Shown piece by piece: positions 55,464 to 63,081 of a DNA stretch of 64,000 bases (positions are counted from its first letter, which is position 1; every line of letters begins with the position of its first letter). The stretch is from Clostridia bacterium (lineage in GTDB: Bacteria > Bacillota > Clostridia > Saccharofermentanales > UBA5734): NCBI GenBank assembly GCA_040776905.1, contig JAXGZQ010000001.1, positions 1,564,400 to 1,628,399 on the forward strand, read 5' to 3'. Under the pieces are notes generated by a model that saw only the letters and a list, made by a program, of their open reading frames with translations, was not told the origin of the DNA and searched no databases. The position numbers and the translations under genes were made by a program.

Positions 55464-55588
55464 GAAGATAATTTTAGCACAGATCAACCGATTCCATAGT
55501 ACAATAATGTTAGTCGTTCACAGAGTATGATTGTTCTGCCGCGCAGACCGTCGGGCTTGATATGAGAAGCTCAGATGAGGGGGTCCCC

Positions 55589-56581
55589 ATGTTCTGTCAG
55601 CATTGTGGAGCACAGTTGGAAGCGGACGCGTCATTCTGTATGACCTGTGGAAAACCGGTTGAATCGTCCGGACAGGAACAGATGGATCAGATCGCTCAAC
55701 ATGAACCGACGCCGGTCTCACCACTTCCGGGTACGCCCTCACAAGGGGCAAACACCTGGCAGCCACCCGTACCGCCCGTTTCACCGGATCCATCTTATCA
55801 GGCAGCTGCGCCAGGCGGTATGCCGCCCATGGTTCCGCTGCCGAAAAAAAGAAGAACTGGCTGCCTGATTGTGATCATCATTCTGTTGATCCTGCTGCTG
55901 GCGATAGCCGGCCTGGCCGCAATGGTTTTCGGATTATTCGGACCGAAGAATCTCGGCGTTGAGTATACCGAGGCGGATTACCAGAGTGCCATGGAGAAAA
56001 TCGGAACTGAGATCATCTTTGATGGTCAGGAAGGTGACAACCTGCGGGAACTGACCCTTGAACTGAAGGAGGACGGTACCCAATATCCGGTCGCTGAATT
56101 TGACTGGCAGCATGACAATTTCCAACGACGCAGCTTTGAATTGACCCCTGAAGAAGCAACCGCACTGTGCAATGAGATTGCGCCGGCATTCTACTGGTTT
56201 GAGCGGACCCAGGTTGATATTCTGCCCGGCGGTATCGTTGAAGCGTCAGGAACCCTGCGGCTGCGCAAAGCGCTGCAGGATCATTATCCCGAACTGATTG
56301 ATGAGGTGCCGTTCCCGATTTTCCGCAAGGTAAATCTCTATGCCCGAGGCGGAATCGAGATCAGGGAAAACAGTCTGGATCTCGCGCCTGACACCTTCCG
56401 TACCGGGCCGATTGAGGGCATCTCAACTGATATGCTCGATGAGAACGCCCATTATTTTGAGCCGCTGTATACATCGATCCCCGGACTGGTCATTCACTCA
56501 CTTGAAGTGACCGATGAAGGGACGTTCGCAGTGGACGCGACGATCCCACAGCGGACCACGGTGACCCGGAGGCAACCCTGA
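55589..56581 (+). CDS. zinc-ribbon domain-containing single-pass membrane protein
   Basis: MFCQHCGAQLEADASFCMTCG (CxxC-x11-CxxC), a Pro-rich linker, the TM helix CLIVIIILLILLLAIAGLAAMVFGLF, and a ~200-aa outer domain. Start set at ATG 55589 (GAGGGGG upstream). Confidence 0.7.
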   Translation: MFCQHCGAQLEADASFCMTCGKPVESSGQEQMDQIAQHEPTPVSPLPGTPSQGANTWQPPVPPVSPDPSYQAAAPGGMPPMVPLPKKRRTGCLIVIIILLILLLAIAGLAAMVFGLFGPKNLGVEYTEADYQSAMEKIGTEIIFDGQEGDNLRELTLELKEDGTQYPVAEFDWQHDNFQRRSFELTPEEATALCNEIAPAFYWFERTQVDILPGGIVEASGTLRLRKALQDHYPELIDEVPFPIFRKVNLYARGGIEIRENSLDLAPDTFRTGPIEGISTDMLDENAHYFEPLYTSIPGLVIHSLEVTDEGTFAVDATIPQRTTVTRRQP

Positions 56582-57864
56582 TGCGGACGCTTCTGATCAA
56601 TGGAAAGCACGAACCGATTCCGCCGTTCCCTCATCCGCGTGATTATGTCTGGCGCTGCAGCCGCTTTTTCGGAGCCCGCTCCTTATTGTCCTTCATGGCG
56701 GTCGCCCGTTTCCATGCCTTCCGTGAGCTGTTCAACAGCTGGCGCTACCGCTGTGGCATCCCCCGTGATATTTTGATTGATCCGACCAATGCCTGTAACC
56801 TGCGTTGTATCGGCTGCTGGTCGCATGACTATGACCAGACCTGTGAGCTCAGCCTGGATAAGCTTGATCAGATCTGCGCGGAAGCGCGAAAACTGGGGAC
56901 ACTGGATATTCTTCTGACCGGCGGCGAACCGATGCTGCGCCGCAAAGATATTCTTGAACTGGCCCGGCGCCACCGACGGTTGTTTTTCGGACTGTTCACC
57001 AACGGAACGCTGATCGATGAATCCTTTGTCACTGCGATTGAACAGCTTGGCAATGTGACGGTATTTATCAGTATTGAGGGGTATCGTGAGGAGACTGATT
57101 TCCGGCGTGGGCAGGGAACCTATGATCGCGCGATCCGGGCGATGCGTCTTTTGCATCAACATGGTATCGCGTTCGGATTTTCGCTTTGTTATCACAAGAT
57201 GAATTATCAAACCGTGACCAGTGACGCGTTTCTTGATTTTCTGCGGCAGGAAGGGGCCTGGTTTGGCTGGGCTTTTGCTTATCGGCCGATCGGGCGTGAC
57301 GCGGACATGAGTCTTTGCCTGAACGCTGAACAGCGCGAGCTGGCCCGGACCCGGTTGGATGATTACAGTCACCGGAACCAGATGACGATTATTGACTTAT
57401 TCAACAGCGGACATCAGGCCTACGGCTGTGTCGCGGCGGGCAGCGGTTATCTGCATATCGCGGCCAGCGGTGATGTCGAACCCTGTGCTTTTTGCCATTA
57501 CGCGGACAGCAACCTGCATGACGTCAGTCTGCAGGAAGCGCTGCAATCACCATTTTTCAGGGCGTTCCGGCGGGCTCAGCCGTTTTCCGACAATCCGCTT
57601 CAACCCTGTCCGATGATCGATCAGCCGGACGCGATCGTCCGGCTGACAGAAGCGCATGGCGCGCGTTCAACGCACCAGACCAGTCCGGAAAGCGCACGGC
57701 AGTTCGCCGATAAAATCAGACCCTATGCCAGTGAATGGAATCAGCATGTACGGGATAAAAGCCGGCCATATCCGCGATCCGTGCTGAAACGATATCAGGC
57801 GCTGAGAAAAATTCTACAGATCAGGAAGCGGCTGGCAGGTGATATGGAGGATCCATCACGATGA
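56581..57864 (+). CDS. radical SAM protein (uncharacterised subfamily, one possible auxiliary cluster)
   Basis: DPTNACNLRCIGCW (CX3CX2C), LLTGGEPMLR, and C-terminal GCVAAG-x..-EPCAFCHY...QPCPM. Its ATG shares one nt with the upstream stop (TGATG, 56579-56583). Confidence 0.85.
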   Translation: MRTLLINGKHEPIPPFPHPRDYVWRCSRFFGARSLLSFMAVARFHAFRELFNSWRYRCGIPRDILIDPTNACNLRCIGCWSHDYDQTCELSLDKLDQICAEARKLGTLDILLTGGEPMLRRKDILELARRHRRLFFGLFTNGTLIDESFVTAIEQLGNVTVFISIEGYREETDFRRGQGTYDRAIRAMRLLHQHGIAFGFSLCYHKMNYQTVTSDAFLDFLRQEGAWFGWAFAYRPIGRDADMSLCLNAEQRELARTRLDDYSHRNQMTIIDLFNSGHQAYGCVAAGSGYLHIAASGDVEPCAFCHYADSNLHDVSLQEALQSPFFRAFRRAQPFSDNPLQPCPMIDQPDAIVRLTEAHGARSTHQTSPESARQFADKIRPYASEWNQHVRDKSRPYPRSVLKRYQALRKILQIRKRLAGDMEDPSR

Positions 57865-59420
57865 AGCTTGAGTTTTCCGTTCTTCAGGACAAGATCAGAG
57901 GCTGCTGGGCCGGTAAGAATGCCGGCGGTGTGCTGGGCGCTCCATTTGAAGGACGGCGCGGCCGGCCGGAGATCCAGTTTTACACGCAGGACCTTTCAGC
58001 CGGACCTCCGCCGAACGATGATCTTGATCTGCAGCTGGTCTGGCTGGCTGCTGTGGAACGGTATGGCCGACAGGTCAACGCGTCGATTCTTGGTGAGTAT
58101 TGGCTCAGCTACATCATTCCCAACTGGGTTGAATATGGTATGGGCAAAGCCAATCTGCGGGCCGGTCTGCGCCCACCGCTGTCCGGTTCAGTTGATAATG
58201 TCTACAAAAACTCCTGTGGCTGCTTCATCCGGTCAGAAATCTGGGCCTGCCTGGCTCCGGGCCATCCGGAGATCGCGGTGCGCTATGCCTATGAAGACGC
58301 GATTGTCGACCACGCGGATGAAGGCATGTATGGCGAACTTTTTTTCGCCGCGCTGCAAAGCGCCGCGTTTGTTGAGGATGATCGGGACACGCTGCTGGAT
58401 ATCGCCCTGAGCTATATTCCAGACGATTGCGCGGTGTCCCGCTGTGTCCGCGAAGCACAAACCTGCTGGCAATCAGGTCAGCCGCTGGAAGAAGCCCGGC
58501 GGCGGATCCACGCGCAGGCTCCCGGAACCTTTGGTATTCAGGGTGTCCGCCTCAGCCAGCTCAGTGAGGAGGCCCGCGAACTTCCATTGGGGCAGGCCGG
58601 ATTTGACGCGCCGGAGAATATCGGCTTTACGATTGCCGGCTGGTATTATGGCGATGATGATTTCGGCAAGAGCCTCTGTCTGGCCGTCAGCTGCGGTGAG
58701 GACACGGACTGTACAGCAGCGACACTCGGCGCGCTGATCGGTATTATCCGCGGAGCTTCCGCGCTGCCGTCCGAATGGATGGATCCGCTTGGCGACCAGA
58801 TCGCGACCATGTGTGTCGACCGGACGAGTGGCGGCATCTGGATTCCTGACACAGTCAGCCAGCTGACGGACCGTGTCCTGCGGGTGATTCCCGGATTTCT
58901 CGGTGTTGATGTCTGTGATCTTTTCGCGCCGGGCGGCTACACGCTTGATGTTCTGAGCGGTGAAGCTTTGAAAGCACCGCCTGCCGACGATTATCTGCCG
59001 GAGATCAACGGCAATTCCATCGACCATGATCTTTCGATCTCAGCGCTCGGCCAACTGTCACCCGATACAATCCGCTGTGACTACCCGGCTTTCACGATGC
59101 TGATCCGCTGCCATGACGGCCCGTTCATCCGTCCGGATGAGCCCCGTTCACTGACTGTGACGGTGATGAATAATGGGCGCATGCATCAGCAGCATTGGGT
59201 CAGGATCCGGCTGCATCTGCCGGCAGGGCTGGAACTTGATGGCCCGGACCAGGTCCAGCTGCCGCTCAATTACAATTTCCAGTCCAACGCGGCGGTCACG
59301 TTCCGGCTGACCGATATCGGTCAGCAGGGACAGGCGGTGTTTGATCTGCTGGTTGAGGCGGAACTGGTCGGGCGGCACTCTTCCGCGGTGGAAAAAATCC
59401 GGTTGATGCGGCGCGCCTGA
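57861..59420 (+). CDS. ADP-ribosylglycohydrolase (ARH/DraG) family protein with a C-terminal beta-rich extension
   Basis: IRGCWAGKNAGGVLGAPFEG... and LAVSCGEDTDCTAATLGALIGII are ARH-fold metal-site motifs. About 190 extra C-terminal residues. ATGA overlap with the radical SAM gene (57861-57864). Confidence 0.85.
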   Translation: MKLEFSVLQDKIRGCWAGKNAGGVLGAPFEGRRGRPEIQFYTQDLSAGPPPNDDLDLQLVWLAAVERYGRQVNASILGEYWLSYIIPNWVEYGMGKANLRAGLRPPLSGSVDNVYKNSCGCFIRSEIWACLAPGHPEIAVRYAYEDAIVDHADEGMYGELFFAALQSAAFVEDDRDTLLDIALSYIPDDCAVSRCVREAQTCWQSGQPLEEARRRIHAQAPGTFGIQGVRLSQLSEEARELPLGQAGFDAPENIGFTIAGWYYGDDDFGKSLCLAVSCGEDTDCTAATLGALIGIIRGASALPSEWMDPLGDQIATMCVDRTSGGIWIPDTVSQLTDRVLRVIPGFLGVDVCDLFAPGGYTLDVLSGEALKAPPADDYLPEINGNSIDHDLSISALGQLSPDTIRCDYPAFTMLIRCHDGPFIRPDEPRSLTVTVMNNGRMHQQHWVRIRLHLPAGLELDGPDQVQLPLNYNFQSNAAVTFRLTDIGQQGQAVFDLLVEAELVGRHSSAVEKIRLMRRA

Positions 59421-59434
59421 GCGCGTATCCCAGA

Positions 59435-60814
59435 TCAGACCGGTTCATCCGATGGCTGATCCGGCAGAATAATCGTAAATGTACTGCCGACCCCTTCGGT
59501 GCTCTGGACCTCAATTGTCCCTCCGTGGTTTTCGATAATCTGGCGGACCATGGTCAGGCCGAGGCCTGAGTTACCGTTCTGACGGGCGGTCCGGGCTGTG
59601 TCGACCTGATAAAAACGGTCGAAGATATGGGGAAGATGTTCCACCGGAATTCCATGGCCGTCATCGGAAACGATCAGATGAACGGCATTCAGGCGGCGCT
59701 GCAGGTCCAACATGATAAATCCGCCGGCATGGCCATGTTCAATGCCGTTTTGCATCAGATTGATCAGCGCCCGCACCATTTGTGTCTGATCCAGCGTCAG
59801 CACAATGTCAGGATCCAGTTTCTGGATGATCCGGATATCATGTTCAGCCGCTTTCTCAGCCAGCTCTTCAGCGACCATCTCACAGAGCTCAGCCAGATTG
59901 ATCGGTTCAGGATGCATCAAATCAGCACCTCTGGCCGCACGGGAAAGTTCCAGCAAGTGTGTGACCAGTTGTGACATCTGGCGGGACTGCTGCAGAATCG
60001 CCTGCAGGCTCTGTTCGCGGAGCGCCGGGTCATCCGGATGATCCAGCCCGAATTCTGCCTGGGAGATGATCACGGAAATCGGCGTGCGCAGCTCATGCGA
60101 TACATCTGAAGTAAATTGTTTTTCCCGGTTGAACGCGGTCTCCAGCTGGTCGAACAGATCATCAAAAGTGCTGCCCAGCAGCGACAGTTCATCAATCCTT
60201 TCCGATGGAAGATTGATCCGGCGTGACAAATCGCGGTCACGCTCAATGGCACGGGCAGTCTGCTGGATCTTTTCGATCGGTGTGAACGCGCGCCGCGTAA
60301 CCCGGTAGCCCAGCAGCAAGGCGAACAGGATCAACAGCGGCATGGCCAGCAGCATGGTGATCAGCGCACGGCGCAGGGTCGCTGCCGAACTGCTCAATGA
60401 ATGAATCCCGCGAACCCAGACGCCCAGTCCGTTCGGGTACTCGGTATACAGGTCATAGACCTGCCATTGATCCAGCGTGGTATCGATCGACTGATGTTCG
60501 TCAGAACGCAGTGCCGTGTTCTGGGGGAAAGACTGCGGTTCATGCCCGAGCATCAGGGTTCCTTCCGGCCCGTAGACGAGCAGCGTCACATCATCAACAT
60601 AAAAATCAAAATCGGGACTGATTTCCAGCCAGTCGCCGGGCGTTTCGATGAAGTCGAAGGCATTTTTAACCGCCCGCTCCAGTGAAAGCTGTGAAACCTG
60701 GTTGGTCTGATAGCCGAAGGCGGCATAAAAACCGCCGATAACCAGACCCGTGATCAGGAGAAAGACCGCCGCGTAATACAATGTGACGCGCTGCTTGATC
60801 GATAAATTCTTCAT
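59435..60814 (-). CDS. sensor histidine kinase (two TM helices, HAMP, HisKA, HATPase_c)
   Basis: H-box SHELRTPISVI, N-box LMQNGIEHG, DDGHGIP, and GLGLTMV. Confidence 0.9.
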   Translation of the reverse strand: MKNLSIKQRVTLYYAAVFLLITGLVIGGFYAAFGYQTNQVSQLSLERAVKNAFDFIETPGDWLEISPDFDFYVDDVTLLVYGPEGTLMLGHEPQSFPQNTALRSDEHQSIDTTLDQWQVYDLYTEYPNGLGVWVRGIHSLSSSAATLRRALITMLLAMPLLILFALLLGYRVTRRAFTPIEKIQQTARAIERDRDLSRRINLPSERIDELSLLGSTFDDLFDQLETAFNREKQFTSDVSHELRTPISVIISQAEFGLDHPDDPALREQSLQAILQQSRQMSQLVTHLLELSRAARGADLMHPEPINLAELCEMVAEELAEKAAEHDIRIIQKLDPDIVLTLDQTQMVRALINLMQNGIEHGHAGGFIMLDLQRRLNAVHLIVSDDGHGIPVEHLPHIFDRFYQVDTARTARQNGNSGLGLTMVRQIIENHGGTIEVQSTEGVGSTFTIILPDQPSDEPV

Positions 60815-61492
60815 TCAGCTTTCCTCGCGCAGGACATAGCCAGCGCCGCGAACGGTATGAATCAAGGGTGTGCTCCCGTCCTGATCGACTTTACGGCGCA
60901 GATAACGGATATAGACATCTATAACATTACTGCCGCCTTCAAACCCATAATCGTAGATATGCTGAGCGATTTTCTCACGGGTCAGAACGATGCCCTGATA
61001 ACGCAGCAGGACTTCAAGCAGGGTGAACTCACGCTGGGTCAGCTGAATGTCCCGATCGCCCCGCTGGACGGTTCGACTGGCCAGATCCATGCGAAGATCA
61101 GCGATTTCCAACACACTGTCTGCCTGGTCGACTGTCTGGCGCCGCAACAGGACACGGATGCGCGCAGAGAGTTCAGCAAAGGAAAAGGGCTTGACCAGAT
61201 AGTCGTCTGCTCCGGCATCAAGCCCGCTGACCCGGTCCTCAATCGCGTCACGCGCGGTCAGCAGCAGCACGGGTGTCGTGATCTTCTGGGCGCGGATCTG
61301 GCGCAGGACCGTCAGGCCATCGCGCCGGGGCAGCATGATATCGAGGATCACGGCATCGTAGTTTGTCAATTCGATATAGGTCTGTCCGTCCTCGCCATTG
61401 TCGCAGGTATCAACGCTGTAGCCTTCATCCCGCAGCCGCCGGGCAGTGATCTCTCTCAGCGATTGTTCATCTTCAATCAACAGCAAACGCAT
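60815..61492 (-). CDS. OmpR/PhoB-type response regulator
   Basis: Receiver domain (MRLLLIEDE...AVILDIMLPRRDG...LLTAR) and winged-helix output domain (LTQREFTLLEVLL...VRGAGYVLRE). Start set at ATG 61492; the stop abuts the kinase start. Confidence 0.9.
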   Translation of the reverse strand: MRLLLIEDEQSLREITARRLRDEGYSVDTCDNGEDGQTYIELTNYDAVILDIMLPRRDGLTVLRQIRAQKITTPVLLLTARDAIEDRVSGLDAGADDYLVKPFSFAELSARIRVLLRRQTVDQADSVLEIADLRMDLASRTVQRGDRDIQLTQREFTLLEVLLRYQGIVLTREKIAQHIYDYGFEGGSNVIDVYIRYLRRKVDQDGSTPLIHTVRGAGYVLREES

Positions 61493-61658
61493 CGGGATTC
61501 CCTCTTTCAACGATCATTCTGCTCTATTATAGCATTCGCCGCTGCAACGAAGCGTGTCTGGCGATTCTCATCCAACTTTCATTTTCGTCTCATCTGCTTT
61601 TAATCTTCGCCTGATAAACTGAAATCAATTCAAAACCTGATGAGAGGAAGTTGATCAT

Positions 61659-62918
61659 ATGAAAAAGACAAAAAACAAAAAATTGAAGATAGCGGCTATG
61701 CTGGTCGCACTCGCCCTTATCCTTGGCGTCGGAGGATTCTCCGCGTCACGGATCGTCCAGGCTTCTGCCTTTGATTCAGCCCGCAACGCGGCTCGCGACG
61801 CGGTTCCGACAGCGGCTGAACTACTCGATTCAGAGCTGGATGATGATGCCTACCAGTTTGAGTTCTATGATGAACTTTATGATGAATACTATGAGGTCTC
61901 GGTTGATAAGAAAGACCGCAGCCAGATCAAAGTGACCAGCCGGGTTGAATCCGTTCAGGTCACACAACAGATTGACCGGACCCGTGAAGAAGTGGAAGCC
62001 GTGGTCAGAGCCGTTTATCCCGACGCTGAGATAACCTCGGTCAGCCTGTCCGAATATGAGAAGGGTTATGTCTATAAGGTCGTTTTCGCCGGTGATGCCG
62101 TGCGGGGCCAGGTATCGGTCCATCCACAGTCCGGTCAGATTATCAGCCGTTCCCTGCGATATGGATCGTCCATGCTGGTGATGACCAACCCAATCGATGA
62201 TGATGATGACGCGATCAAACCACTGACCGATCGCTACATCTCACTTGAACAGGCGCGGCTGATCGCTCTGGAAGCAGTACCCAACGCGAGTATTCATGAG
62301 ATGGAATATGGTGAAGACGATGAACGCCTGACCATTGAAGTCGAAATGACCCGTGAAGGCTGGGAATTTGAAGTGACCATTGACGCCCAGACCGGCGACG
62401 TTCTGGAAATTGAACGTGACGACGGAACCCTGCAGACTCAACCGACTGAGCCCACCACCACCCGTCCGGCCACTGAAGTTGATGACGACCGTGACGATGA
62501 CATGGGCGACGACCGTGACGACGACTGGAACGATGACCGTGATGACGACCGTGACGATGACCGTGATACGACCTCCTCTCCGACACCGTCCCGCTCAGAA
62601 GAAACAATCACTTCTTCAACCGAGCCGAAAGCAACAGAGACCCAGCCGGCACCTGCTCTGATCGGAGCGGATCGAGCCGCGAAAATAGTTCTGGCGAAAA
62701 TCCCCGGAGCGACCTTTGTTGATAAAATTGAACTTGAACGGGATGACGGGCGTCTCTATTATGAAGGAGAAGCACGACTGGCCGGTTACGAGTATGAATT
62801 TGAAATAGACGCTTATACCGGCGTGATTATCGACTGGGATGCCGATGAAATCGATGACGACGATTATGACGATTATGACGATTATGACGATGACGACGAT
62901 GATGAGGACGATGACTGA
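61659..62918 (+). CDS. PepSY domain-containing protein with poly-acidic low-complexity regions
   Basis: An N-terminal anchor is followed by repeated PepSY-like modules (e.g. IHEMEYGEDDERLTIEVEM..EFEVTIDAQTGDVLEIE; FVDKIELERDDGRLYYEGEA..YEFEIDAYTGVIIDWD). A D/R-rich linker and a DDDDYDDYDDYDDDDDDEDDD tail are also present. Confidence 0.8.
   Translation: MKKTKNKKLKIAAMLVALALILGVGGFSASRIVQASAFDSARNAARDAVPTAAELLDSELDDDAYQFEFYDELYDEYYEVSVDKKDRSQIKVTSRVESVQVTQQIDRTREEVEAVVRAVYPDAEITSVSLSEYEKGYVYKVVFAGDAVRGQVSVHPQSGQIISRSLRYGSSMLVMTNPIDDDDDAIKPLTDRYISLEQARLIALEAVPNASIHEMEYGEDDERLTIEVEMTREGWEFEVTIDAQTGDVLEIERDDGTLQTQPTEPTTTRPATEVDDDRDDDMGDDRDDDWNDDRDDDRDDDRDTTSSPTPSRSEETITSSTEPKATETQPAPALIGADRAAKIVLAKIPGATFVDKIELERDDGRLYYEGEARLAGYEYEFEIDAYTGVIIDWDADEIDDDDYDDYDDYDDDDDDEDDD
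62481..62567 (+). repeat. coding imperfect tandem repeat encoding (D3R)-like units
   Basis: The 20-nt string GATGACGACCGTGACGATGA occurs exactly twice (62481-62500 and 62541-62560). Related GACGACCGTGAC / GATGACCGTGAT units lie between them. The region encodes DDDRDDDMGDDRDDDWNDDRDDDRDDDRD. Confidence 0.8.
62862..62888 (+). repeat. coding 9-nt tandem repeat (GATTATGAC x3) encoding DYD repeats
   Basis: Three exact copies at 62862-62870, 62871-62879 and 62880-62888. Confidence 0.85.
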
Positions 62919-62985
62919 GCCATATCCTGATCTGTCCTGATGGAGAGAGCGTCACAGCAAACTTAATTAACCCGGCATAATGGAA

Positions 62986-63037
62986 GAGGATGTCTCAACA
63001 ACCGGCCTTGCGGCCTGAGAGACATCCTCTCTTTATT
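62986..63037. terminator. intrinsic terminator after the PepSY gene (probably bidirectional)
   Basis: GAGGATGTCTC (62986-62996) / GAGACATCCTC (63019-63029) encloses a small inner GGCC-ttgc-GGCC hairpin and is followed by TCTTTATTTGTTGTTTG. Confidence 0.6.
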
Positions 63038-63081
63038 TGTTGTTTGTCAGGTTGGGACAGATGTCAGGTTCTCACCAGGTA

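Noticed and set aside
53517-55487. The possibility that the Tet(M)-like gene marks an acquired resistance element (Tn916-like).
   Set aside because: The window contains no integrase, excisionase, relaxase, conjugation genes or leader-peptide attenuator of the tet(M) type. The flanks are ordinary chromosomal genes of similar composition.
56581-57864. The possibility that the radical SAM gene is the anaerobic sulfatase-maturing enzyme (anSME) for the two sulfatases.
   Set aside because: anSMEs as I recall them have the CX3CX2C very near the N-terminus and a 7-Cys SPASM domain binding two auxiliary clusters. This protein has a ~70-aa N-terminal extension and only four C-terminal cysteines. It is coupled to an ARH-family gene, not to a sulfatase. 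This cannot be excluded without phylogeny.
62440-62918. Short tandem repeats, considered as a possible CRISPR or non-coding repeat array.
   Set aside because: The repeats are in-frame codon repeats (Asp/Arg/Tyr) inside the PepSY ORF. They have no spacer-repeat periodicity of CRISPR size. No CRISPR-like array was seen anywhere in the window.
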